A stretch of 64,000 nt of DNA, taken from the NCBI GenBank assembly GCA_951406725.2, contig OX597825.1, positions 48,546,001 to 48,610,000 of the forward strand, in the 5' to 3' direction. Numbering within the stretch: the stretch's first letter is position 1; the number at the start of each line of letters is the position of its first letter. Source of the stretch: Octopus vulgaris. Its lineage: Eukaryota. Position numbers and translations under genes: made by a program. The notes under the pieces are model-generated. The model saw nothing but the letters and a program-made list of their open reading frames with translations. It ran no database searches and was not told the DNA's origin. This document shows positions 11,760 through 25,764 of this stretch, one piece after another.

Positions 11760-12375
11760 CTCACAAACACTGCTTTACAGTTCTAGTGATGAACTGGATC
11801 TGTAGTCTTCAAATTAGCTTTCTCCTTTCTGGTTTTGAGAAGCCTAATTTCTCAAAATTGGTATTTAGGCAGTGTGTTACATATCCCAGGGCCCCAATAA
11901 TTATAAGTATAAACCTGACTTGTAATCTGGATAGAGCAACTGTAGATTTCTCAATAGCTTGGCGTAGGTATTCTCTTTTTCACTGACCTTCAGCTTTATG
12001 TTAACATCCGCAGGGCAACTAATTTCCACAGCTGTGCACAGTTTCTCTTCTCTATCCCAAATCATTATATCAAGTCTGTGGTGCTTACATTTTATTGAGG
12101 TTTTCACTGGGACATTCCACCAGTACTCCTTTTTATTATGAGTGGCTATGGCTTCCACCATACTATGGGTTCTTATTTCTTTGTCCTTCTCATGGATTTC
12201 ATTATAGAGTATCCTAGCTACAACATCATGTCTCACTGGTAGATGATGGCATTTTTGAACAACTGCTTATGATGTGGGTGATATCTTTGGTGCTAACCCC
12301 ACAAAGTCTGCATCAGTTGTCACATTTTACTGCTTTTCCTGCATCTCTATCTCTTCTGTGCCTCAGGTATTTGAT
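11760..12375 (-). mobile_element. R4/Dong-type non-LTR retrotransposon 3' fragment (CCHC plus restriction-like endonuclease, RLE)
   Basis: EDITHIISSC, RHD and LDIMIWD...VEISCPAD.N...K...Y motifs of RLE elements. Confidence 0.8.
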
Positions 12376-12387
12376 ATGCATGTATGT

Positions 12388-12427
<40 letters not shown>

Positions 12428-13268
12428 ATATATGTATGGATGGATGTATGTCTGTCTGCGTGCAAGAATATGTGTGCGCGTGCGCGTATACATATATATA
12501 TATATATATATATAAAACCATTTCGAATATTAATGGAATATTAGTGCCAAGACAGGTACAAAAAAAAAAAAAAGGAATAATACTGACTATAGTTCATTTC
12601 GCGCGTTTTTTTTTTTAAAGAAAAAAGAAAAGCTTTGCTGAAAACATTTCCATTGCTGCAGACATTTTATATTAATTTCAATAATTGATTGCAGGATTTC
12701 AAACGAAATTAGAAAAATGAAAGCAACTACAAATACGAGGGAAAAAATATGAAAACAAAAATGTTTCCTTTTAAAAACGTGTCGATAGTTTGGAGTATTA
12801 ATGGCTATTTAAATTCCTTGCTTTGTCATCAGAAGTTGATATTGCGCCGAAAATCACGAATTTTTGCGCGAACAATAACTACATAACTTTTAATGAAATG
12901 GGTTTGAAATGGAAAAGAAAGAGGAGGAGGGAGTAACTGCGATTACTCGTAATTGCAAATACTTCTTAAATAGACGTGTACTATCGAAAGCATAATGATT
13001 ATAAGGGTATCAACAGATTAAGACGATCTTAATAATGTCTACGTGGCATTCAAAATGGATGTTTCCTAGTCACAAATGAAATATTGGACAATCAGATGGT
13101 GTATAACAACTTAGATCGATGTATTATTGTGGTATCACATCAGGATATATTGATTTATTAATTAAAAAAACCTATTTACATCGAAGCAATTAAGGGCGCA
13201 CATGATCAGATTAAGTTTTGAGTTGAAAAAAACACATCCAAGCAACACAAAAAATAGCAAACATTTAC

Positions 13269-13394
13269 TTTTATAATTTCTTCTTCAAGAAGTGCTCGAT
13301 CGAGTCGTTCAAGATTCTCAATTTGTCGCAATTTCTTCCTCAACTTTCTGATTTCTATCTCAAGTGCAGTCTTACACCCGTCAGAAACTGACAT
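13269..13394 (-). CDS. WD40-repeat protein, coding exon 1 (N-terminal basic coiled coil MSVSDGCKTALEIEIRKLRKKLRQIENLERLDRALLEEEIIK)
   Basis: 42 codons ending at a phase-0 GTAAAT donor (13268). Joins exon 2 in frame (EEEIIK|IKKRDSIRKRLRELL). An in-frame upstream ATG at 13439 is an alternative start. Confidence 0.8.
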
Positions 13395-13727
13395 ATTTAC
13401 GACTGTCACCGAAATTAAGGTAAGGGAGGTAACTCTCATATATTTCACTGAAAAACTTGAGTTACGGATAAATAAAAATTGTGAATCGATTTCTTTTGAC
13501 TAACTATGAAGTCAACTTTTGTAAGTAAAGGTGTATAGTCTACGATACAACTAATATACAATCTGTCTGGTCAAGAAGTCAGTCTTTCTACAATTAACCT
13601 TTTTCACTGGCGAATTTGAACAAAAAATATTGCTGTTTATGTTGTCTCTGTTCACAGCTAGCATGACTGAAGCATATTAGAGAGAAGTGTCTTAACTAAA
13701 GATAATTATCGGGACATCTAACCTGTA

Positions 13728-13764
13728 GTGTCTGAGGCACATCAGAATTATGTGCTTCAGACAC
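13728..13764. other. 15-bp-arm hairpin upstream of the WD40 gene start
   Basis: GTGTCTGAGGCACAT-cagaatt-ATGTGCTTCAGACAC, with one G.T pair. Confidence 0.7.
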
Positions 13765-14384
13765 AGACACTGTTATAGGCGTGCAAACCATTTATATCTC
13801 AACTAATTCCCTATTGTCTTCAATACTCAACCCCACCATCCTCTCCAGTTGTAGAGAAGAAAGTAATTACTGCAGTTGCTGTTAATTCTTTATCTTTGGC
13901 AACATAGATTTCAACTGAGATTTGTGTCGGATTATATCATATATTTAGTAATTCCGTATTTCTGAAACAGTATACCATAGCATTTAAAAAAAAGAATTAA
14001 AATTACGATTAAAAATGTAATTAAAACATTAAAAAATCTACAGAAATGTTTTAGCGTTTTGACAAACTAGCTAGAAGTAGGATAAGTGCAATAAAGTAGA
14101 AATATAATAAATGAAATGAAATATAAGTATGATTAATAAAATAATGAATAAATATAATTTATAAAATGAGGTAGAAATGTGATGATCCTAATTAAATAAG
14201 GGACAAGTATTATTAATAAAAATGTTGAAGTGCGATAAAGGAAATATGGGAAAAGTAGGATTTCTATATCTTTCAAATTTTGAATTTTAAAACTGTTTAT
14301 TAAACTTCCCATGTGAAGTGCGCCAGTAATTTTTTTAACGTTATGTGCATTGACTCATGAAGTTAAAAAGGACTGAAATATTGT

Positions 14385-14912
14385 TGAGTTAAGTTAATTT
14401 TTTGGCTCAAAAAGCAAAAAGCAAGGCCATGTAGGGGGACATGGAGTTATGTACAGGGAGGGTGTTCATGCAAAGAGTTCAGGCCATTTCTGGTCAAGAG
14501 AGACTTTGAACCGAGCGGTCGTCGGCATCTTCACTATCTCGTCCGGCAGTTTATTCACGGATCCGCAACCCAGACGGAGGAAGCCCCTCTCCTTCGATTG
14601 AGATGAAATCGTCGCAGATAGAGCTTTTCGGAGTGACCCCGCAGCCGACGCTCTGGAGCAGGAGTGAAGAACAGCTCTTTCGAGAGGTTACACTTTCCGC
14701 TTATGATGTTGTGAGCAAGAATGAGATCACCACGGCGGCAGCGTTTTTACTAGAGAATAAAGGTCGAGCGTCTTCAGCCTTTCTTCATAAGACAAATGCT
14801 TGAGACCAAGAACCATGCGGGTAGTCAGCTTCTGGACTCTTTCGAGATGATGTATGTCCTTGAGGAGATAAGGAGAAGAGGCTTGAATCCCGTACTCCAA
14901 CTGAGTCATGTC
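14385..14912 (-). mobile_element. CR1-group LINE 3' fragment
   Basis: LEYGIQASSPYLLKDIHHLERVQKLTTRMV...LSYEERLKTLDLYSL. Confidence 0.85.
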
Positions 14913-16180
14913 AAAAGAGCTGGTTAGTGTAGCAACACACTTTCACAGTAACCGCAGTGTTCCGAGTATGACAGTCACGTTTTAATTAATGCAACTCGTA
15001 TCCTTCCTCCACAGTAGACAGTTCTTTAAAGCGATGTCCGACATGGTATATTGTGTTGCACATATTTCATATGTTGGTTTGAAGATCAACTTTGAATTGA
15101 TGTAGACAAAACAGTAACCGGTTTAATCCCCAGCAAAGTGGGCCTCGATAGTTTTGGCTTCGTGTACATTGGAAAGGGGAAAAAGTTCGTTCTCCAAATA
15201 AAGTTTATTAAAAAAAATTAATTTAAAGTTTAAAATTTTAGAAAAGAAATATAGAACCTTGACGTTGATTATCTTGTTTTATTAATCCTAATCGTGAAAA
15301 GCAAAATTAGAATCAACAGTTTTTTCAGTATTTATCAAACATTGGAGTTTTTAAAATATTACACAATGTTTATTACTCATGGTGGACATAGAAAATAGTG
15401 GGTCTAGATTCACCTTATGAGACTATAATATGACGTAGTGGACCGAGATACTTCTTGTGAAGAAGATGCGCAACAGTGTAGCATTTAGAACCACTAATAT
15501 AGCGTTGTTAAGAAAGCTGAAGAGGTGATGGAATCATCATCATCATCATCATACTGTTCTAGGCTCGTGGATCTAATCCGTTTGCCTGGGTTAACACCAC
15601 TACTGGTCCTTGATCTCTTTGATCAGCTTGAAGGTTTACATACACACATGCGTGCGCGTGCGCATATATATTTAAGACTTGTACTCGTGACTTGATCTGG
15701 GACAGTATTAAAGTGGAAAAAATCATATAAAAGCCGCTATTTCACCATTTAAGAACATACAAAACTACTTTTGATTTTTCATTTATTGTTCGACGAAACG
15801 TCTTGACACTTCGTAGCAGACAGCATAATTAAACAACTATTCAAAAGTGGAATATAACAGTTTTTGAAGTGGTTAAAATAAGTCTTCCACGATGTGATTG
15901 CTATAACTCTCTAAATAAAAGGCCAAGTCTAGAGTCACGGTTTTGGCTTATTGCTTAGGACTCGTTAATGAGAAAGCATAAAACCCCCCATCAAACAGCA
16001 GATAGTGAATGAGTGACAGTAGTTAAAGTGTCAGTCATCTGGAGGATGAGTTGTTTATTATACTGGTATAGAATAAAGACATGCAGAAAGAATAAGAATG
16101 AACGAGTAGGGAAATTATAAAGAAAGTGAGTTGTGGAGAGAGGTGTTATAGTAGTGGTAATGGCAGGCACACAAACGAGA

Positions 16181-16257
<77 letters not shown>

Positions 16258-16650
16258 CAGATTCAGAGCAAATAAGGGATCGCATTTCTTGTCAATCAAT
16301 TAGATGTTAAAGAGGTCCAAGATAGAAGTCGTTACCACAGTTTAGGTAATTAACCAAACTACTGCTTGTCTTGAAATTACTGATTTAAGAATATTTGGGC
16401 CAAAGAAAACTCATGGAATCAAGTTATGTTGTAATTAAGGAATTATTACAATAAATATTTTGGCACTAAAATTTATGTTCGTATAATTTATATCGTACTA
16501 AAATAACTTGGATTGCTATATTCACAAAAGAGGACGGTCTGGCACCAACACATCTTGAAATAACCATGAAAATTAATTCTGCAAGATTACATAACACACA
16601 GATATATAAATACTCTCTCGCTCTCTGTCTGTCTCACACACACATATATA

Positions 16651-17020
16651 GGTGCAGGTGTGACTGTGTAGTAAGAAGGTTGCGTCCCAACCACATGGGG
16701 TTGAGACCCACTGCGTGGCACCTTGGGCAAGTGCCTTCTACTATAGCCTCAGGCCAACCTTGTGAGTGGATTTGGTAGACGGAATCTGAAAGAAGCTCGT
16801 CGTATATATATGTATATTTTTGTGTGTATCTGTTTACCCCTGCCGTCATCGCTTGGCAACCGATGTCGGTGTGTTTACGTCCCCGAAACTTAACGGTTAG
16901 GCGAGACAGACCGATAGAGTAAGTACTAGGCTTACAAGTAATAAGTCCTGGGGTCGATTTCTTCGACTAAAGGCGGTGCTCTAGCATGGTCGCAGTCAAA
17001 CAATTGAAACAAATAAAAGA
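16651..17020 (+). mobile_element. CORE-type SINE, near full length
   Basis: tRNA-like head, CCTTGGGCAAGTG, and tail GGCGGTGCTCTAGCATGGTCGCAGTC. Confidence 0.85.
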
Positions 17021-17048
17021 AAATAATATAAATAAATACAAACATCTG

Positions 17049-17104
<56 letters not shown>

Positions 17105-17479
17105 TATATATATATGCGTGCGAGCGCGTGTTTGTAAGCAATACATACGTATGTACATACACAAATTGTAGGAGTTACTTAATGGTTTTGTAAGCTCTTC
17201 TAATGATGACTACCGAAACGTTGAAAACTCTGCTGTATCTTTCTGAAATAACTCAAGGTCGCAAGCGTTTCACCTATTAACCTGTATGCTCTATCTGAAT
17301 GGGAAACGAGGATTGAATTAGTTTTCGCTTACATAAGGGTTTCAGCTGCGGACAACCATAACCGCCGTGAACTGGTTTTAGCTGCGATTGTCCTTGTTTG
17401 TCCTCTCTGTGTTTAGCCCCTTGTGGGTAGTAAAGAAATAGGTAATCTTCCTGGTGATTTTCTGCAGTTGTTTGGCTTC

Positions 17480-19460
17480 CAAACAAATCTTCTGCAGGAA
17501 ATAGCGTATAGATCTCATCCGGAAACTGAAGGTACCAACTTCAGTAGGGAATAAGTCTGCATTCCCTTCTTCAAGAAGAACCTTATTAGTCAAATCTGGA
17601 TTTCTTCACTTAGTGAGAAACATCAAGCTTGTCCTCCATGAGCTTTGTGAGTTCAGCCACGATGATTGTTTTTGTACTCCTGAATAGAAGGAACACATCT
17701 GGCTGGATCGATGTCACTACTAACTGTTTCTGAAAAATGATTCCTCAACTGCTACTTTTGCCCTAGGAACCTTATCAAATCTAAAGACTCTGATATCATT
17801 GGGTGGTGATAGCTGCTGCTTGTTGACCTTAAATATCATTGGTTCGTTCACTTGGTGATTTCTGTAAGGATCTTGTCGTGCCGCCTCTTGTATCGATCCA
17901 GTGCCCAAGGGCATCTAGACAAAATGTAGTCCATAGAGCAAAGATTTGCTTCACACCGCTTGCAGAATGGGTCTTCTTCTTGCCCCAGATTTTAAAAGCA
18001 TTGATACGAGTACGTAGACACTCATGTCACCGTGCTTATTGGCAAGTAGATATGCCGTTAAACTTTAGGAAATGATATTGTATAGATAAATCTGAAACTG
18101 GTCAAGTTCTGCTGAGTTTTATTCTTTTAAGACAAACCAACCTTCAGCAAGTGTCCAGTACTAGGGTTCATGTTTCTTCTTCTAGGTCATTCGTAAGGTT
18201 TTGCTAGGCTGATCAGTAGCAGCGGGCAGCTTTGGTAAATCTTGTCATGATGCCAGATTGTCGTAGAGCAGATCCTGCTCGAGATTTTGCCGCCATATTA
18301 TCCTTACTTTGTTGAGAGTGAAGTCTGTTATGTTGAAAGAGGTGTGTGGCTTGAGTGTCGTCAGTTCTAAAGGAAATCTCTCTGTAGAATACCTTTGCTG
18401 GAGTCACCATCTTCTTCTTCCTTAGAACAGGATAGATCAACTTTCTACTTTTTGGTCTTCTGAGAAGATCACTTGTGAACAAGAAGAGGTTGTTAAAAAG
18501 GCCTTCCTTTGCTCCCGTTTCCTCATCTTTTAATTTTTGGGGGTTGTCTCTGTCCTACGAATGTGAAGAAGGTTTTCTCGAGTTCAGCTGGTTTAAGGTT
18601 GCTTTTTCTTTATCTGTTTCTTTCTATTTCAGTTGGTTTAGCGCTTTTTACAGTTCTGCAATCTGATGCTTGTCTTCTAGCAAGTCCATAACGCTTATTC
18701 GCCCTTTCCTTCCTTTTCGCTAAAGACATCTTGTTATGATACTCATCTTGATGTCTAAGTCTTCATCCTAAGGATCCTATCTGAAACCTGCCGCTGACGT
18801 AAATTTTGCCGTCGTTTCTTCTCGAAACCATCGGGGCTTTCAGATTATTTAAGTCTTCTTGTGGTCTGAGTAGGCTGAGAAGAGTAACTCCAGACATTAT
18901 GGCTTGTCTTCTGAGCCAAGCCATCCCTCGATTGAAAGACATTTTTAATGCGCTTTGAATAGGCATCAGGTTGTATCATGTATTTTTCGTTGCTGTAGTT
19001 ATTCCTTTCACCTAGCTTTGTCTTGATGAATCTTCATGTCACGTTTGCACTTAAATATTCCACCACAGATGATTTTATGCCCCTATTTTGTAGAAGCCAA
19101 TCGTGTAATCCTCGTATTGTTAGATATAGCAGCTTAAGCAGTGCATTAGCAAGCTGCGAGTACCAGTCAGAGAATAGGTCCCCTGTCAGACAGAGGAGGT
19201 GGGGGGATAATCTACCATCATGGATGGATCACGTGCCCAACGACGTGAACAACAGTGTTTTGCTATTCAAGTCGTTGACCATTTGATCGGTGATGAATGG
19301 AAGATTCCTCCTTGTTCTGCCTTAAGTAATTTTCTCTGTTTCATCTTCGTAGCTTGGTAAAGCAGAGCTTCGAGATTTTAGCTTTAACTCAATTGCGTTC
19401 CATCTTTCTGAGCTATCGACCATTCTTTCACAGATGTCAGGGGTTCATTCCCACTGGCAA
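17480..19460 (-). mobile_element. degraded R4/Dong-like retrotransposon (pre-RT and RT N-terminal part)
   Basis: Frameshifted minus-strand peptides (KVFYREIS, FW...WGKK, NYRPI-like) typical of RLE-clade RT. Clade assignment is tentative. Confidence 0.55.
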
Positions 19461-19528
19461 TGGGTCTATTCCTATGACCATGATGTTGCACGCACATAAA
19501 TATATGTATATGTATACACACACACATG

Positions 19529-19582
<54 letters not shown>

Positions 19583-20629
19583 AATATGTTTATATTAAGA
19601 TCCAATACAAGGAAAACAAGGCTCTCTATAGGGATGAAATATCCAATTTTTCACTGGTTTCCACTTTTACACTTGGACATTCTGTAAAAATGTAAAACTT
19701 GGAAGGTCAAATATTTAATTAACGTTTGTATTGCTTTAGTTAATTACTTACAAACTACATGGCCAAATGATCACTCCATCAGCACTTATTTCAGCACAAT
19801 ATCACAAAGACTCTGATGCGTATATACATCGAGATGAAATTAATTAATTCAAAATAACAATTTTCATTTAATATTTTTCAGGGAAATATTATTGTGCTAA
19901 ATAATCTTTATTGAGAATCTGAAGTCCCACAAATTTCGTAGAGAAAGGGGAAGTGCCCATAACCTTCACAGATCTTTATATGTTCAGTGTCACTAGCCTA
20001 GTTTGTTATTTTTTATATCCCATCTCACTCCTATCACAAATGACAAAATATCAAGACGAATATTTTTACGCGAATGACAAACATCCAAGAGTTGTTTCCC
20101 TTCCACTATATCGGTATATTGAGTACAGTCTAGTGTTAGAAATCACTATTTTAAAATACTAGTTATCAATATTTATTGAATAAACTGCATTTCTATTTTA
20201 CCAACAATTTTAATACCTAAAACACATACATATACATACAGACAGACACACACTCACACATGCATATACTATACATACACCATATGTAAAGCTATAATTA
20301 TCACATTTCCCATCGTATAAACCCTAAAACAGCAGTTAACAGAAACAACAAAATTTAAACACTCATTCATATTGTGAAATGAAACTTGTGAGAAAATAAT
20401 CACAGTAGAAATATGACATGATATATTTTAGATCAATGCGGAAAGAGGAAATATAGAAATATTCCGGCTTAATTGTTCACAAGAGAATATATTTGATGGT
20501 AAATGATTTTTCGGGTCAGTTTAGGGTTAAGTACAGACTGTCCCCGTTTAGAATTAGATATAGTGGTGACATGTTATAATACTAAAGTAGACTGCATCAG
20601 TTTAAAGTCAGGTACATCTGTGCGATGTA

Positions 20630-21580
20630 TTAGGTTGAAAGGAAAGTCCTGTTGCATTTCAAGATGGGAAAGAAACAGATATTAAATGTCTCTTTTGTCT
20701 TAATTGATATATTTAATCAAGATAATATTTTTCAGCCATTATAAATAAAATTCCATCTATTTGGCAAATTGTTGGCATCCGGTGTAAAATTCTTTAGGTT
20801 TTGAAGCAAAGGTCAGGAGAATAAGGAAGATGAGGTAAAGCTTCCAGGTTTAGTGCCACAGTCTTTTCTTGAGAACTTGTGTAATATGTGTTCTTATATA
20901 ATCATGTAAAGGCAGCCCCTGTTTATGATTGAAGAATGAGGGGCCCTTATTCCTGCAAATTGTCGTGTAATACTTCCAATGGACGACAATACTTCTGCAT
21001 ATTAACTGTTTCCCTTGGTTTGACAATTCATGATGGACAATAACCTTCATATCCCACCAAACACAGCGTAATTTTTTTCAGTAATAGTTCTAGCTTGGGG
21101 ATGGATTCTCCTTTTCATTGGGTGTAAACCAATGTTGTTTTTGCAAGATATGGTAATAGAGAAACCACTTTTCATCATTTGTGATGATTCTCGCCAGAAA
21201 GGGTTCTGTGTCAGGTCTCCTCTTCAATAACGAGTAGAAAGCAACTCTTTGATTAATCTGGGAAGCAACTGACCAAGTTTAGACATTTTTCCTAGTTCAA
21301 GAAATAATTTTATGATCGAAATGTAACTTGTTTTGTTAATTGTCGGGCAGTTTGCTTTTAATTTTCCTCAACTACGGTTTTCAGACGTTCAGAGTTGAGA
21401 GAACTCGGTCGTCTAAGGTCGAGAAAAATCTACTAGAGAAAAATTTCCCGAGCAAAACTGGCAAAACAATCGTCGGCATGCTGGGAGCGAATATTTTTGC
21501 CTCTTCAATTGCTCTTCAGTGCCCTTTCTGAATTCACTCAATAACTAGTGTCTGACACGTAGTCTGGTTTAAAAGCATGA
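20630..21580 (-). mobile_element. degraded mariner (DD34D-type) transposon
   Basis: RIITNDEKWFLY, KITLCVWWDMK and NLPNRW motifs; TIR-like TA-TTAGGTTG at 20630. Confidence 0.8.
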
Positions 21581-21705
21581 GACCGATAAGAAAGATTTTC
21601 TTTCTTTGTAGAATATTTTATGCTATAGGTATCAATTAATCTGCAAAAAAAGAAAAGAAATATTAGACGGTGAAAATTAATTAGCAATCTGTATATCATA
21701 CTTAG

Positions 21706-21750
<45 letters not shown>

Positions 21751-21779
21751 CCACACCCACACCCACACACACTGTTAAA

Positions 21780-23400
21780 AGCCTTCTAAACTTTCTTGAT
21801 ATAAATTGGCAAAGATGTTTGTGTAAGAATAATGAGAAAACTAACAGAAACAGTCACTTTTCTGGATGTTATGAGTGGATGCTACATGATCAATCTTACT
21901 ACAAAGTACACTAAGAGGTCTGGTAAATTATGCACGTTCATCTCTCAGCATGAATCACATCCTGATAAATTAGAAGTGGAACAGTAACGCTCTGGATTGT
22001 GGGACATACAATACTTTCAATGCAATCGGATCCGATCATGAACCAGCTACGGCAAAAGTATGTCTCATGCTAAGGTCAAATAAAATCAAGAAAACAAAGA
22101 AATCACCTACGATTTGGCTATACTGGTGGAGGACAACGAAATAAGCATTCGAGGTAAACAACAGATTCAATGCACTGCAGAACTTAGATAATAGTGACAA
22201 TGCAGATATTATGCACAGTAATGTCATTGAAACACTCAAAGCTGCAGTTGATTTCAGCATCTCACTGAAACCAAAATCTAAACAAAGAGTTCTGTAGGAA
22301 AACAGAATCATAGCCAAAGTAGGACACAACTTCAAAGAACTGAACATCATCTCAGTAACTATACACCAGAGAATCTAAGCAAGTTAAAGCAGCAAAGAAA
22401 ATTCTAGATGATAGATGATAAGATGGAGCAGAAAAAATACGTTGAAAGCAAGATAAAATTATTAGAAAATGTACACAAAAATCAGAAGAGTGCTATGGGC
22501 CACAATTGATGAGGTTTTAGGGAGGAAGAGATAAAAGTTCTGAGGAAAGAGTAAGTCTTTGGAAGAAGCATTTCCAGAATCTACTAGGCCCCGTCCCAGT
22601 TATTGATAAGGTCTAAATTAAAAGAAAAACTGTGTGACACCCTCCTTGTAGAAAGTAGTGAACTTAAAATGGAAGAAATAAAACTTGCTTCAAAGAACTT
22701 AAGAACAACAAAGCTTTATAGATTGATAATATTCCCGCAGTTGTTTGGCAAAGTGGATGTTTAATGCAAAATTCCTGTTGTTTCTTGCAATAAAGCACAA
22801 GGACGAGATGTGGCAACAGCGTGGAAACAGGGAAGGATCTTGCCGTTTCCAAAGAAAGCTACCTTAGCATTTACAAGGAACTATGATGACATCACATTAA
22901 CGACGGTGGCAACAAAAATTTTCAACAAAATGTTCCTGAAATAAATAAAGCCTCATGTTGCGTAAACAACAAAATTGATTTCAGGAAAGTAGAACGACAA
23001 CAGCACAGATACTAGCACTAACAAACTAGATGTAACATACTCAAGACTCCTGAGAGGAGCACTTTATTACAAATGGTAGTTTCATGCAACAAATCAGGTT
23101 CTTTATGGTAATCTTGAAAGAGCTACCTCCACCATAAACGAATAAACGAAAGAAGACTGAGAATTTGTGGCCATTACACTCGTGGGAAGGATGAAGTACA
23201 GAGTCTAATACTGATGTCGGAAACAACATATGGAATGCAACTTACGGGTCGTTTTGTTAGGACATGGTCGACCAACTCGTTGAAGACCCTTCTCTACTTA
23301 AAAGCTACCTACAAAGAGCGATTCAGCAAAGGAAATTCTGGAGACAAGTGGCTAATGGTTTTCGTTTGTGGACGACTTGGTATATACATGTCCTCACCGC
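21780..23400 (+). mobile_element. highly degraded RTE-like LINE
   Basis: IDNIPAVVW, ITLTTVATKIFNKM and RRLRICGH remnants with many stops. Confidence 0.6.
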
Positions 23401-23404
23401 AAAG

Positions 23405-24894
23405 GATGTAGCAGAGCCGATGTTAAAAATCATAGGCCTGTCTCTCTAACCTCTCATGTCAGCAAAGTCATGGAACACATTGTCAGGAGAAAGCTGATCA
23501 CATTCCTAGGAGATAATGATTTCCTTTCTGACATCCAGCATGGCTTCCACTCAAAAAGAAGCTGCCTTAAATAGCTACTGCAGCATTATGAATGGCTGTT
23601 GAAACATCCTATGAATTGCTCAAACATGGATGCGATATATCTCAATTGTGCAAAGGCCTTTGAAAAGGTTGATTATAGGATGATTATGTCACAAGATACG
23701 AAAACTTAGCATAATTGGAAAACTGGGAGAAGCCAGGCTGTGGCGGCCAACGGGACCCTCTCTTTGGCAGGGGCGGACCCAAAGAGGGACCTGAGAGGCA
23801 CGTGTTCTCTCAAGAAACGAACTGCACTTTTCTAAATAATGTTATTACACCCTTTTCTCCTGGAATTGAATTCCCTTTTGACTTTTTGGCCTCCCTTGGA
23901 AAAATTCCTGGGACCGCGCCTTTTAGAAGACAGTAATAGCAAGTGAAGTGCCTCAGAGAACTGTTTTGGGACCGCTGCTGTTTATGGTGGTTCTTTGGGG
24001 CATGCCATCAGTTACACAGGCTTCCACACTTCTAGCTATGCAGGAAAGTTCCAAGCCCTCCGCTATCAGCCAGCTTGTGCTAATATGCCACAACAAAGAT
24101 ACTTTGAACCAAAAGGAGTGGTAATCCCAGAGTCAAGAAAAGTGTGTGATCTGGGGATTGATATGAGGAACAACGCCTCGTTTCACATATCACCAAGATG
24201 GTGGTAATGTGCAGGTGAATGGCCAATGAATATTTAGAACTGTCAGAACAAGGGATCAGGAAATTATGCTAGTTCTATGGAGGGCACCTGTCGTCACTTG
24301 TATGAACTACTGCTCTTAGCTGTGGTCACCCAACAGTGTCAGATTAATAGAGGAGGCAGTTCAGTGGCGCTGTACAAGGAAAATTGCATCAATAGAACAG
24401 ATGAGTTACAAAGAAAGACTGAAAGAGTTACGACTCAATTTGTTGGAGCGAAGATGGGAGAGATATGCAGTAATATACGTATGGAAGATCCTTGAGGGGT
24501 TGGAACCAAACTTTGGCATCAGGAGATATGCAAGCCCCAAACTGGAAGTCCCTGCACTATTCCAACGTCCCAGCCATCCCGTCTTAGATGAGGACCATAT
24601 ACTGCAATAGTTTGGGATTAAAGAGCACAGGACAGTTTAACATCTCGTCAAAACATTTGAGAAATGTTGATAGAGTAAAGGTAGATGTTTTAAAGAAATA
24701 ACTCGATCTCCTGTTGTCTGAAGTCCCAGATGAACCTACACCACGGTTAGAAACTCAAAAGAGGTCAGCAATATCGAACTTCCTCCTTTGCTAAAAGCCA
24801 ATCACAAGAGAATGGTCATTGAAAAGGTGATAATATTGAGGATGCCCCAGCATAGCCACAGCCTTTTGGCTGAAACGCATAAAAGAATAAATAA

Positions 24895-24895
<1 letters not shown>
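23405..24895 (+). mobile_element. degraded CR1-group LINE, RT to 3' tail
   Basis: HRPVSLTSHVSKVMEHIVR, QHGF, KAFEKVD and SYKERLKELRL...LERRWERY; tail CCCCAGCATAGCCACAGCC-tttt-GGCTG. Confidence 0.85.
23768..23922. mobile_element. possible hAT-type MITE nested in the CR1
   Basis: Imperfect TIRs CAGGGGCGGACCCA / TGGGACCGCGCCT. No clear TSD. Confidence 0.45.
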
Positions 24896-24960
<65 letters not shown>

Positions 24961-24975
24961 CAACAAAAGTGAACA

Positions 24976-25252
24976 GCTCGTCAGACTCTATACAAAGACA
25001 AAAAAATTAAACTTTCTACGTCGCGGACTCAGAAATCGAGTTTGTAAATATACCGGATCAGCCAATACATCTTTCAAAAGTCGCTTCCGCAACCACCAAT
25101 CATCCTTCAGAGTCTCAGACGGTTTGTCACGTTCCTGGCCCGTCATGTGTGGCACCTTAAAGATGAAGGGGCCTCGTGTGATATCAGGTGGAAAATAATA
25201 GATCATCCGGGCCCATATATTAATTGGAGTAGCCGTTGCAAAAACCTGCATC

Positions 25253-25322
<70 letters not shown>

Positions 25323-25725
25323 AAATTCTTCTGGACTATATTAATTCTAGCGCGTTAAATAGTTGTAAAGAAGATTTTCAAAATGCCTCCTCTTCAAGCG
25401 CTGGATACAGGATCTCCCCGTTTGTTCGTTAGGCATTTTGGGATCTATTAGGGTTGTTTTATCCTCTGATTCAGGGGATACAACCCGTCCTCATTAACGT
25501 TTTTATATGTTAAGACTTAAATCTCGATTTCTGAGCGTTTCTTCACGTCCGCGACGTAGAAAATATATATTTTTTCTTTGTATAGAGTCTGACGATCTGT
25601 CTACAAGGCTTTGGCTTTGTGGATACGAAACCTTTGGTGACTCTACGTCCAAAATTTAAATGTTTGTTGTAACAGTTACTGCGCTATTCTTTAGAGTGTG
25701 CTTCTTTTCTGATATATGTTTTATT
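24976..25725 (+). mobile_element. Penelope-like 3' fragment: GIY-YIG remnant, inverted terminal duplication, degenerate hammerhead at 25583-25645
   Basis: YTGSANTSFKSRFRNHQSSFR matches the PLE at 63077-63298. Hammerhead reads TAGAGT-CTGACGA...GAAACCTTTGGTG-ACTCTA. Confidence 0.7.
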
Positions 25726-25728
25726 GAC

Positions 25729-25759
<31 letters not shown>

Positions 25760-25764
25760 TTATT

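Noticed and set aside
17198-17225. CTAATGA...GAAACGTT hammerhead-like string
   Set aside because: Core G is mutated and there is no convincing stem I or stem II.
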